Shown here one piece after another: positions 1-8,035 of a stretch of 32,000 bases of DNA. The stretch's first letter is position 1, and every line of letters begins with the position of its first letter. Position numbers and translations under genes: made by a program. Location of the stretch: NCBI GenBank assembly GCA_043805145.1, contig JAZDIK010000099.1:31443-63442 (forward strand), given 5' to 3'. Under the pieces are notes generated by a model. The model saw nothing but the letters and a program-made list of their open reading frames with translations. It was not told the origin of the DNA and did no database searches. Origin of the DNA: Pseudomonadota bacterium (GTDB lineage: Bacteria; Desulfobacterota; Syntrophia; Syntrophales; Fen-1087).

Positions 1-312
1 TTTGGCCAGTCCCAGCGTGTTGATCGCGCCCATCACGCTGGTCTTGATTGTTTTGATCGGGTTGTACTGATAATGTAGCGGAGAAGCAGGACAGGCCATG
101 TTATAGATCTCATCGATCTCCAGATAGATCGGGTTGGTTATGTCATGTCGGATCAGTTCGAAATGCGGGTGCGGAAGCAAATGCAGAATGTTATCTTTGT
201 TGCCTGTAAAAAAATTATCCACGCAGATGACGTCGTGTCCCTGCTCCAAAAGTTTGTCACAGAGATGCGAACCCAAAAAACCTGCGCCGCCGGTGATCAG
301 AATGCGTCTCAT
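1..312 (-). CDS. UDP-glucuronate decarboxylase-like extended SDR (NAD-dependent epimerase/dehydratase), N-terminal part; 3' end lies off-window
   Basis: Own reverse-strand translation from the ATG (cat at 310-312) gives [104 protein letters not shown]. It stays open to position 1. It has a GxxGxxG Rossmann motif and a UXS/ArnA-like sequence. It is missing from the ORF track because it is truncated by the window edge. Confidence 0.85.
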   Translation of the reverse strand, partial: MRRILITGGAGFLGSHLCDKLLEQGHDVICVDNFFTGNKDNILHLLPHPHFELIRHDITNPIYLEIDEIYNMACPASPLHYQYNPIKTIKTSVMGAINTLGLAK

Positions 313-525
313 CGTTGTTGCCTCTGAGAGAATATATTTTATCCTAAAATGTCTTGTGGATATTGAACAAAGATTCTGCTACGTAAACGAAAACGTGTAT
401 ACTGTCAATAAAATTTGCAGACTTTTGAAAAACGGTCTTGCCGCGGCTCAAAAAATAGTGAGCGGTAAATATTTGATTTGTCGCTTGCGAGGCATTTCTC
501 AGCGTTTCTGTAAATCTCTCGTTAG

Positions 526-1374
526 ATGAATGCGAAACCAATGACTCATACTGGAACGTTGTATATCGTGGCAACGCCGATCGGTAATCTTGAGGATATC
601 ACACTCAGGGCCATCAGGATTCTCAAGGAGGTCGGTTTGATTGCTGCCGAAGATACCCGGCATACCCGCAAATTGCTCAATGCCTTTGATGTTCAAACCT
701 CTTTGGTCAGTCTGCACGAGCATAATGAGGGAAAAAGAAGCCTGTCGCTGATATTAAAAATGAAAGAAGGCTTGTCTGTTGCCTATGTGTCCGATGCAGG
801 AACACCGGGGCTCTCTGATCCCGGATTCCGCCTGATCCGTGCTGCCCTTGCTCATGAAATTTCCGTTGTGCCCATTCCAGGCGTTTCGGCGGTGATAACG
901 GCACTCAGCGTCTCCGGACTGTCCATGAGCCGTTTTTTATTTCAAGGGTTCCTGCCGGCGAAAACCGCCAGACGGCGGCAGCAACTTGCGGAACTGGCAA
1001 TGGAAACAGGAACTCTGGTTTTTTTTGAATCCCCCAACCGTCTGCTGTCAGCCCTCCACGATATTTCTGATATCATGGGAAATCGAGATGTTGTGGTTTG
1101 TCGGGAACTGACCAAGATTTATGAGTCTTTTTTCAGAGGGTCGGTGCAGGAAACGATCCGGACGCTGGAGGGCCAGCGGATCAAAGGGGAAATTACATTG
1201 CTTGTTTCCGGTTGTCCGGAGGCGAAACCCGAATGGTCGGATACAGCCCTGATGCAACGTTTTGAACAGTTGCGACAGAATCCCGCGCTGTCCCGCCGGG
1301 ACTGCGTGGACCGGATTGCTGCGGAAACGGGCATACCGAAAAGCCGGGTTTACAGGTTGACGGTCACAGCATGA
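526..1374 (+). CDS. rsmI: 16S rRNA (cytidine1402-2'-O)-methyltransferase RsmI
   Basis: 282-aa ORF. The N-terminus GTLYIVATPIGNLEDITLRAIRILKEVGLIAAEDTRHTRKLL is the canonical RsmI/tetrapyrrole-methylase-fold signature. An alternative start exists at the ATG at 541. Confidence 0.9.
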   Translation: MNAKPMTHTGTLYIVATPIGNLEDITLRAIRILKEVGLIAAEDTRHTRKLLNAFDVQTSLVSLHEHNEGKRSLSLILKMKEGLSVAYVSDAGTPGLSDPGFRLIRAALAHEISVVPIPGVSAVITALSVSGLSMSRFLFQGFLPAKTARRRQQLAELAMETGTLVFFESPNRLLSALHDISDIMGNRDVVVCRELTKIYESFFRGSVQETIRTLEGQRIKGEITLLVSGCPEAKPEWSDTALMQRFEQLRQNPALSRRDCVDRIAAETGIPKSRVYRLTVTA

Positions 1375-1483
1375 CAAAATGAACTACTTGAACTCATCCG
1401 GGAGTTATGGTAACGCTTACCGCGAATATCTTGTGATCAGGAAAAAACAGGTGTGAACGCAGTTTGAGAAGGAGGTTTTTCCG

Positions 1484-1801
1484 GTGGCGAATGGACAGCA
1501 AACAGCGGCCAGCGAGCCCAAACCCTACTGGCGGCCCCTCAGACCGGGCGAAACGGTTTATATCCTGAATGATATTGTCGAGGGGCCGGAGGAAACCCAG
1601 GGTTTATCCCCGGTGATCAACAAACAAGGGATCAAAGACGTCTCCCGGACGGCGCCGTGGATCGCCCCGGTACAGATCCCGGAAAATATCGAAGCGCTCA
1701 TCCGTGAAACAGCAGAAAGACTGGTCAGGGATATGGCGCCGGATATTATTGAAAGGGTTGTCCGGGAAGAGATAGAGAAGCTCAAGATGGAAGTTAACTG
1801 A
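1484..1801 (+). CDS. hypothetical protein (105 aa) with a charged C-terminal amphipathic helix
   Basis: GTG start 8 nt downstream of a strong GGAGG (1471-1475). The ORF is clean and has coding-like composition. The C-terminus IEALIRETAERLVRDMAPDIIERVVREEIEKLK resembles a helix motif I recall at the ends of deltaproteobacterial signalling proteins. I cannot assign a family. Confidence 0.6.
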   Translation: MANGQQTAASEPKPYWRPLRPGETVYILNDIVEGPEETQGLSPVINKQGIKDVSRTAPWIAPVQIPENIEALIRETAERLVRDMAPDIIERVVREEIEKLKMEVN

Positions 1802-1858
1802 ACGAAATCCGAACTATCCGGAAGCGCAGGCTTTCGGAATACAGGCCGGGAGGGTTGA

Positions 1859-2455
1859 ATGATTCGCAGGTTCCAGTGCGTAGCTGTATTTTTCATTCTG
1901 ACGACGATCATGACGGGTTGCGGGTTCCGTACGACGCCAGTATCGATTCCCGGGTACGCCGATAAAGGCATTAGGCTGATCGCCGTGATGCCGGTGAAAG
2001 CGAAGACGGCTGATCCTGTTTTGGCAAAGCTCATGCGTGAGAGGATTCTGGAAGCCCTTTATTTCAAGGGTTATCCCAGGATTCCGGTCGGAGTCATTGA
2101 TGACACGCTCGCGAAGATTTACGGCAAGCTTCCAGATCACGGCGCCGATATCCCACCGCAGGCGGTTCGTTCATTGCTGGCCGTCGATGCGGTTCTTTAT
2201 GTGACTTTGAATGAGTGCAGAACCGCGACCACCTATCTTTATGCCGCCACGATCATATCGGCCGACTTTGATCTGCGCGACGGGAAAACCGGTGAGACGC
2301 TTTGGAAAACCCAGCCGCAGAAGGTAGAAAGAAATTTTGATATCACCAGGCAGCGTCTGGAACGGACTATTTGCCAGGTGCTGGAGCCGGCCATTCAGGA
2401 GGTGGTGGAGAAGGCCTTACAGGGTCTGCCTGATGGTCCGGATGCCATTAAATAA
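1859..2455 (+). CDS. lipoprotein, DUF799/GNA1162-like (LpoB/FlgO-type fold suspected)
   Basis: Signal peptide plus lipobox (FFILTTIMTGC). SD GGGAGGG lies upstream. The pattern IAVMPV...(helix)...AVDAVLYVTLNEC...DFDLRDGKTGETLWK resembles the DUF799 lipoprotein family as I remember it. Confidence 0.65.
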   Translation: MIRRFQCVAVFFILTTIMTGCGFRTTPVSIPGYADKGIRLIAVMPVKAKTADPVLAKLMRERILEALYFKGYPRIPVGVIDDTLAKIYGKLPDHGADIPPQAVRSLLAVDAVLYVTLNECRTATTYLYAATIISADFDLRDGKTGETLWKTQPQKVERNFDITRQRLERTICQVLEPAIQEVVEKALQGLPDGPDAIK

Positions 2456-2620
2456 TGACGACTTCGAGGTGCGTCTCTCTGCTGCCTTGCTCTGCATCAA
2501 TGCAAGCTGAAGCATGCGACTACTCTGTTGCGGCGCATGTCCGAGTTGGTCTCTACCCTGGGTGATCGGCAACAGGTATCGGGATCTATTGATAAGGCCG
2601 TTGTTCATTGAGGATTTTCA

Positions 2621-2635
2621 TGACTTTTTACGAGT
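2621..2635. repeat. isolated copy (reverse orientation) of the repeat-element terminal motif TGACTTTTTACGAGT
   Basis: Exact reverse complement of 23758-23772 (ACTCGTAAAAAGTCA). Lies inside the 520-bp gap upstream of pgsA. Confidence 0.55.
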
Positions 2636-2979
2636 GCATGCATACATGAATCATGAAGGGGGGAGACGATGAGGTCCGCGCTGGTCCGGGTTTATGAAGG
2701 CGAGGTCTTTGTGAAGGGCGGCGGAGAAAAAATAGCGGAAGCCCCGAAGCCGATCAATGCCCCCTGAAAGTGGCCTGCCCGAAAAAAGTTGAGGAAGATC
2801 GGAAAGTCATCAGGGAGGAATGAACCTTTATGATTAAATCCATACAGCAGATCGTCATTACAAGCGAAAGAATCGCCGAGACGCCGAGAGGCTTCACGGA
2901 AGTGAAAGACAAGGATCCTTGGGTGGAGTGAAATAGAGAACGAGATAAATCAAAATACAGATAGCCCGTTGATAGATTC

Positions 2980-3519
2980 ATGAATATTCCGAATTTCCTG
3001 ACGCTGCTGCGAATTATCCTTGTTCCGGTTCTGGTGATCTTTCTGATCAACAAGGCGTTTTTAGAAGCCCTGATCCTTTTTACATGTCTGGGGGTGACCG
3101 ACGCGCTGGACGGGTTTTTGGCGCGAATCCTGAACCAGCAGACCGTTCTGGGGTCTTACCTGGATCCCATTGCCGATAAGGTGCTGATTATGACTTGTTT
3201 TCTGGCACTCGCGGTATTGAAGGTCATTCCGGGGTGGCTGGCTGTAATCGTCATCAGCCGGGATGTCATCATTCTCCTGGGCATTTCCATCCTGTCCATT
3301 ATGAATATCACTTTCAAGATAGAGCCCATTTTTGTAAGCAAGGTGACCACTGCATTCCAGATCGCTGCGGTTTTTCTTGCCCTGTTTTTCAAGGCCTTGC
3401 CCTGCCCCGTTATCGACAATGTTTGGCTCCTGCTGCTGTATTGTCTGACGGCTCTTTTTACGATTCTATCGGGATATCAATATGTGGTCAGAGGCGTTAA
3501 GCTGATCAATTCCACCTGA
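2980..3519 (+). CDS. pgsA: CDP-diacylglycerol--glycerol-3-phosphate 3-phosphatidyltransferase (CDP-alcohol phosphatidyltransferase family)
   Basis: Perfect CDP-alcohol phosphatidyltransferase motif D-x2-DG-x2-AR-x8-G-x3-D-x3-D (DALDGFLARILNQQTVLGSYLDPIADK). The 179-aa product is polytopic and hydrophobic. Confidence 0.85.
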   Translation: MNIPNFLTLLRIILVPVLVIFLINKAFLEALILFTCLGVTDALDGFLARILNQQTVLGSYLDPIADKVLIMTCFLALAVLKVIPGWLAVIVISRDVIILLGISILSIMNITFKIEPIFVSKVTTAFQIAAVFLALFFKALPCPVIDNVWLLLLYCLTALFTILSGYQYVVRGVKLINST

Positions 3520-3563
3520 AAACCATGAAAAAGAAGAAAGGGAGTAAAAAAGTGATATTTGTC

Positions 3564-3592
3564 TTGACATAACAGCATATTCTTGTTAAAAA
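3564..3592 (+). promoter_or_regulatory. sigma70-type promoter candidate for tRNA-Val (TTGACA-N17-TAAAAA with an extended -10 TG)
   Basis: TTGACA at 3564-3569, a 17-nt spacer ending in tgt, and TAAAAA at 3587-3592, about 30 nt upstream of the tRNA 5' end. Confidence 0.55.
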
Positions 3593-3621
3593 GATCGCCT
3601 TTTAGGAGTAACTTCACATGT

Positions 3622-3696
3622 AGGCACGTAGCTCAGGGGGAGAGCGCCATCCTGACGCGGTGGATGTCCAGGGTTCAAATCCCTGCGTGCCTACCA
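3622..3696 (+). tRNA. tRNA-Val (anticodon GAC), CCA encoded
   Basis: Hand-folded cloverleaf. Acceptor AGGCACG/CGTGCCT, D arm GCTC-AGGGGGA-GAGC, anticodon arm CCATC-CTGACGC-GGTGG (U33, GAC at 34-36), variable loop ATGTC, T arm CAGGG-TTCAAAT-CCCTG, discriminator A, CCA. Total 75 nt. Confidence 0.9.
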
Positions 3697-3739
3697 TATT
3701 TATTGTTCCGGATTGACGTCATCCATGTAACGACGGGCT

Positions 3740-3779
3740 AAGGGCATCAACAACGGTAAGGCGATGATGCCCTTTCTTT
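3740..3779 (+). terminator. intrinsic terminator after tRNA-Val
   Basis: 10-bp stem AAGGGCATCA (3740-3749) / TGATGCCCTT (3765-3774) followed by TCTTT. Confidence 0.6.
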
Positions 3780-3855
3780 AATGGTGACAGTGATTTGAAA
3801 ATCACTGAAAGTCAGGCTTGGTATCCGTATTTATGGGCTTTATCTGGTTTTTATT

Positions 3856-5772
3856 ATGAATGAAATCAAAATCGCGATGCCGGACGGTTCCGAACGGGCC
3901 TATCAGACAGGCACACCTGTTGCGGAAATCGTCCGTTCCTGGAAGCCGGATCTGCTTATATCGACGATCGCCGCCAAGATCAACCGGCAGTCGGTCGATT
4001 TGAATTACCCTGTGCGGAACGACGGGGATTTATCCCTCATCGACATTCAATCGAAAGAGGGCCTTTCCATCCTCCGACACAGCATTTCCCACGTTATGGC
4101 CCAAGCCGTTCAGGATATTTTCCAGGATGTCCAGGTCGCCATCGGTCCGTCCATCGAAGACGGGTTTTATTACGATTTCGACCATGCAGAAACCTTCACA
4201 CCGGAGGATCTGGAAAAGATTGAAGACCGGATGCGTGAGATTGTCGCGGCCAATCATCCGTTCAGCCGGCAGGACGTGCCGCGCTCGGAGGCCGTCGCGC
4301 TGTTCAAAGGCAGGGGCGAATCCTATAAGGTCGAGCTGCTAAACGATCTGCCGGAGGATGTCAAAACGGTCAGCCTCTACACGCAGGGCGGCTACCTGGA
4401 TCTGTGCAGGGGGCCTCACATCCCCACAACCGGCATGATCAAAGCCTTCAAGCTGCTGAACGTAGCCGGTGCCTACTGGCGGGGTGACGAAAAGAACAGG
4501 ATGCTGCAACGCATCTACGGGACGGGTTTTGCAATAAAAGAACATCTGGCGGAGCATCTGCGCATTCTTGACGAGGCGAAAAAACGGGATCACCGCAGGC
4601 TGGGCCGGGAATTGGATCTCTTCCAGATGAACGACGAGGCAGGGCCGGGGCTCATTATCTTCCACCCCAAGGGGATGATGTTGCGGTATCTCATCGAGGA
4701 GTGGGAGCGCAAAGAACACCTGAAGCGCGGCTATGACATGGTTATGGGGCCTCAGATTCTCAAGGCCGATCTCTGGAAAAAGTCGGGTCATTACGAGCAT
4801 TACCGCGAAAACATGTACTACACGCAGGTTGAGGATCAGGAATATGGCATCAAACCTATGAATTGCCTGTCCCATATGCTCATATATAAGTCGAGAATCC
4901 GCAGTTACCGGGACCTGCCCCTGCGCTATTTTGAGTTGGGAACGGTGCACCGGCACGAGAAGACCGGTGTCCTGCACGGTCTCATGCGGGCGCGCCAGTT
5001 CACGCAGGACGATGCCCATATCCTTTGTACGCCGGACCAGCTCAATGCCGAGATCCGCGCCATCGCGGATTTTGTGGCTTACGCTATGAAAATCTTCGGA
5101 TTTGAATATGAAGTCGAACTCAGCACCCGCCCGGCCAAATCCATCGGGTCCGATGCGGACTGGGAACTAGCGACGTCCGCCCTGAATAACGCCCTGAGGG
5201 ACAACCGCATGGCCTACGATATTAACGAGGGCGACGGCGCCTTCTACGGACCGAAAATCGATTTCAAGTTGAAGGACGCCCTGAAAAGAAAATGGCAGTG
5301 CGCCACGATTCAATGCGATTTTACCTTGCCGGAGCGCTTCGACCTGAGCTATATTGGCCCCGATGGGGAAAAACACCGGCCAGTCATGCTGCACCGCGTG
5401 ATTCTGGGCGCCATCGAACGGTTCATAGGGGTCTTGGTTGAACATTATGCCGGCGCCTTCCCCGTCTGGCTGTCGCCCGTGCAGGCGGTTCTGCTGTCCG
5501 TGACGGATAAGCATATTCCCTATGGCGAGACGGTCTATCGGCGGCTCATTGATGCGGATATTCGCGTGGAAAAAGGATTCGACAACGAAAAGCTCGGTTT
5601 CAAAATCCGGCAGGCGCAAATGCAGAAAATTCCCTACATGCTCGTGATCGGCGACCGCGAAATGGAGGCCGGGCATGTTGCTCCACGCTTGCGGGACGGG
5701 AAAAATCTCGGCGCCATGGTTCCGGATGACTTTATCGCGCTCGTTAAAGAGAAGTGCCAACAATATCAATGA
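3856..5772 (+). CDS. thrS: threonine--tRNA ligase
   Basis: 638 aa with TGS, second-additional-domain, class II core and anticodon-binding domain organisation. Contains typical ThrRS strings ([35 protein letters not shown]). Sits at the head of the thrS-infC-rpmI-rplT operon. Confidence 0.97.
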   Translation: MNEIKIAMPDGSERAYQTGTPVAEIVRSWKPDLLISTIAAKINRQSVDLNYPVRNDGDLSLIDIQSKEGLSILRHSISHVMAQAVQDIFQDVQVAIGPSIEDGFYYDFDHAETFTPEDLEKIEDRMREIVAANHPFSRQDVPRSEAVALFKGRGESYKVELLNDLPEDVKTVSLYTQGGYLDLCRGPHIPTTGMIKAFKLLNVAGAYWRGDEKNRMLQRIYGTGFAIKEHLAEHLRILDEAKKRDHRRLGRELDLFQMNDEAGPGLIIFHPKGMMLRYLIEEWERKEHLKRGYDMVMGPQILKADLWKKSGHYEHYRENMYYTQVEDQEYGIKPMNCLSHMLIYKSRIRSYRDLPLRYFELGTVHRHEKTGVLHGLMRARQFTQDDAHILCTPDQLNAEIRAIADFVAYAMKIFGFEYEVELSTRPAKSIGSDADWELATSALNNALRDNRMAYDINEGDGAFYGPKIDFKLKDALKRKWQCATIQCDFTLPERFDLSYIGPDGEKHRPVMLHRVILGAIERFIGVLVEHYAGAFPVWLSPVQAVLLSVTDKHIPYGETVYRRLIDADIRVEKGFDNEKLGFKIRQAQMQKIPYMLVIGDREMEAGHVAPRLRDGKNLGAMVPDDFIALVKEKCQQYQ

Positions 5773-5802
5773 ATTATATTATTTGTTTGCAGGAGGTGAG
5801 CT

Positions 5803-6315
5803 ATAAGTAAGGAGTTAAAAATTAACCGGGAGATCAGGGCTGCCCAGGTTCGAGTGATTGATGCTGAAGGAAAGCAACTGGGCATTATATCTTTATCGGA
5901 CGCCCTGTCCGAAGCGGCGAAAGCGGGGCTGGATCTGGTCGAAGTGGCGCCTACATCCGAGCCTCCTGTATGCAGAATCCTGGATTATGGGAAATTCCGC
6001 TACCAGCAGAGCAAAAAGATTCAGGATGCCAAGAAGAGCCAGACCACCATACAAGTCAAGGAGATCCGGTTAAGACCCAAAACGGAGATACATGATCTGC
6101 AAGTGAAGATCAAGCACGTCAGAAAATTTCTTGATCAGCACGATAAGGTCAAGATCACCATGATGTTTCGGGGACGTGAAATCGCCTATTCTGAAATAGG
6201 CAGAAAAATGATGGAGGAAATCCGTGAAGCGTTGGCGGATGTTTCCGTCGTTGAGCAGCAGCCGAAGCTGGAAGGCCGTAACATGATTATGGTTCTGGCG
6301 CCTCCGAAAAAATAA
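5803..6315 (+). CDS. infC: translation initiation factor IF-3, with a predicted non-AUG start (ATA at 5803; alternative ATT at 5821)
   Basis: The frame opens after the TGA at 5797-5799. Upstream of the track's GTG (5854) it reads ISKELKINREIRAAQVRVIDAEGKQLG, which matches the conserved IF-3 N-terminus. AGGAGG (5791-5796) lies 6 nt before the ATA, and AAGGAG (5809-5814) lies 6 nt before the ATT. Confidence 0.9.
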   Translation: MSKELKINREIRAAQVRVIDAEGKQLGIISLSDALSEAAKAGLDLVEVAPTSEPPVCRILDYGKFRYQQSKKIQDAKKSQTTIQVKEIRLRPKTEIHDLQVKIKHVRKFLDQHDKVKITMMFRGREIAYSEIGRKMMEEIREALADVSVVEQQPKLEGRNMIMVLAPPKK

Positions 6316-6416
6316 ATTGTGAAGAGTGTCTGTGCAGGTATAAATCTTGATAGAGGCAGATTTCCGCTTTGCGGGGATGTTTCTTGCCGTAATCGATTGA
6401 AAAAGGGGAAAAATAA

Positions 6417-6614
6417 ATGCCAAAAATTAAAACACACCGGGGTGCGGCGAAGCGCTTCAGTTTGACAGGATCCGGAAAGGTCAAAAGAAGCAAGGCTTAC
6501 GCCAGCCACATCCTCACATCCAAGACACGTAAGAGAAAAAGAAATTTGAGAAAAGCAGCCATTCTCGACAGATCTGATGAGCGGGAAATCAAGAAGCTGA
6601 TACCTTATAAATAA
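6417..6614 (+). CDS. rpmI: 50S ribosomal protein L35
   Basis: [14 protein letters not shown]... is the canonical L35 N-terminus. 65 aa, basic, in the expected operon position. Confidence 0.97.
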   Translation: MPKIKTHRGAAKRFSLTGSGKVKRSKAYASHILTSKTRKRKRNLRKAAILDRSDEREIKKLIPYK

Positions 6615-6662
6615 CCGGATTCACTGCGATGCTTAATATGACTATATCGGGAGACAAGAAAA

Positions 6663-7022
6663 ATGCCTAGGGTAAAAAGAGCCGTTACGGCCAAGAAGAA
6701 AAGAAGAAAGATTTTAAAGATGGCCAAGGGCTTCTTTGGAGCAAGGAGCCGCTTGATCAGGACCGCCACCGAAGCAGTCGAAAGATCCATGAAATACGCT
6801 TTCCGGGACCGGCGGGCACGTAAGCGCGATTTTCGGAGACTTTGGATTGTCCGGATCAATGCCGCTGCCAAGCTTAATGAAATCTCTTACAGCCGTTTAA
6901 TCAATGGGATGAAAAAGGCCCATATTGAAATTGACAGGAAGGTTTTGGCTGATCTGGCGGTGCATGATGCACGGGCGTTCTCGCATATTGTAACCATCGC
7001 AAAGGAAAGCCTGGCGGCATGA
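6663..7022 (+). CDS. rplT: 50S ribosomal protein L20
   Basis: [31 protein letters not shown]... is the canonical L20. 4-nt ATGA overlap with pheS. Confidence 0.97.
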   Translation: MPRVKRAVTAKKKRRKILKMAKGFFGARSRLIRTATEAVERSMKYAFRDRRARKRDFRRLWIVRINAAAKLNEISYSRLINGMKKAHIEIDRKVLADLAVHDARAFSHIVTIAKESLAA

Positions 7023-8035
7023 TCAATGACTTAGAGGAACTACGGGTCAAAGCGATTGCCGATCTAAATCAGGCGGAAACGGAAGAAGCGCTCCTTGCGA
7101 TTAAAACCAGCTATCTTGGGCGCAAAGGTCTACTCACCGGCCTGCTGCGGAATATCAGCCAGGTGTCGCTGGAAGAAAGGCCGCTTTTCGGAAGGCGTTC
7201 CAATGAAATCAAGAATATCCTTGCGGAGGCGATCGATAAAGCCCTGCAGCGCGTAACTCTGAAAAAACGGGAAGAAGCGCTCCTCGAAGAAAAAATTGAC
7301 GTCACGCTGCCGGGCCGGGCTGTCCGGCCTGGAAGGCTTCATCCCATTATCCGGGTAAGCCGTGAGATTTGCGAAATATTTTCAGGACTTGGATTTTCCG
7401 TTGTGGAAGGTCCGGAGATTGAGTTGGATTATTACAATTTCGAGGCCCTGAATATTCCCAAAGACCACCCCGCCCGGGATATGCAGGACACATTCTATAT
7501 TGAAGACAATATCGTCCTTCGGACGCATACGTCTCCCGTACAGATCCGAACAATGGAAAAGCTCAGGCCGCCGGTGCGGATTCTGTCGCCCGGTCGCGTC
7601 TACCGGCCCGATTCCGATATTTCTCATACACCCATGTTTCATCAGATAGAAGGACTGCTCGTCGATCAGGGCATTACCTTTGGAGACCTCAAAGGCGTGC
7701 TGACGTACTTCATCGAAAGAATATTCGGCGAAGATACGGCCATCCGTTTCCGTCCCAGTTTTTTTCCGTTCACCGAACCCAGCGCCGAGGTTGACATCCG
7801 GTGCGTGATTTGCAAGGGGACCGGCTGCCGCGTCTGCGGGCAAAGCGGATGGTTGGAAATCCTCGGATCGGGAATGGTGGATCCGGAGGTCTTCAAGAAT
7901 GTGGGGTACGATCCGGAAGATATTTCCGGTTTTGCATTCGGGCTCGGCCTCGAACGAATTGCCATGCTCAAATACGGCGTATCGGACATCCGGCTTTTTT
8001 TTGAGAATGACTGGCGTTTTCTGGAGCAGTTTTAA
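7019..8035 (+). CDS. pheS: phenylalanine--tRNA ligase alpha subunit
   Basis: 338 aa with class II motifs ([55 protein letters not shown]). Confidence 0.97.
   Translation: MINDLEELRVKAIADLNQAETEEALLAIKTSYLGRKGLLTGLLRNISQVSLEERPLFGRRSNEIKNILAEAIDKALQRVTLKKREEALLEEKIDVTLPGRAVRPGRLHPIIRVSREICEIFSGLGFSVVEGPEIELDYYNFEALNIPKDHPARDMQDTFYIEDNIVLRTHTSPVQIRTMEKLRPPVRILSPGRVYRPDSDISHTPMFHQIEGLLVDQGITFGDLKGVLTYFIERIFGEDTAIRFRPSFFPFTEPSAEVDIRCVICKGTGCRVCGQSGWLEILGSGMVDPEVFKNVGYDPEDISGFAFGLGLERIAMLKYGVSDIRLFFENDWRFLEQF

Noticed and set aside
2417-3053. Minus-strand ORFs 2417..2608 (63 aa) and 2754..3053 (99 aa) as possible fillers of the 520-bp gap.
   Set aside because: They overlap the 3' end of the lipoprotein gene and the 5' end of pgsA respectively, and have no SD and non-protein-like composition.
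3697-3855. T-box, riboswitch or leader-peptide control upstream of thrS. I also checked trpS (12531-12630) and pheS.
   Set aside because: There is no specifier-loop/T-box (AGGGUGGNACCGCG-like) sequence. pheS overlaps rplT, so there is no leader, and the trpS upstream region holds only the HU terminator. This fits a Gram-negative-type organisation.
3540-3860. tRNA-Val as a possible integration hotspot or genomic-island boundary.
   Set aside because: Both flanks are core genes (pgsA, thrS). I saw no integrase and no direct repeat of the tRNA 3' end anywhere in the window.
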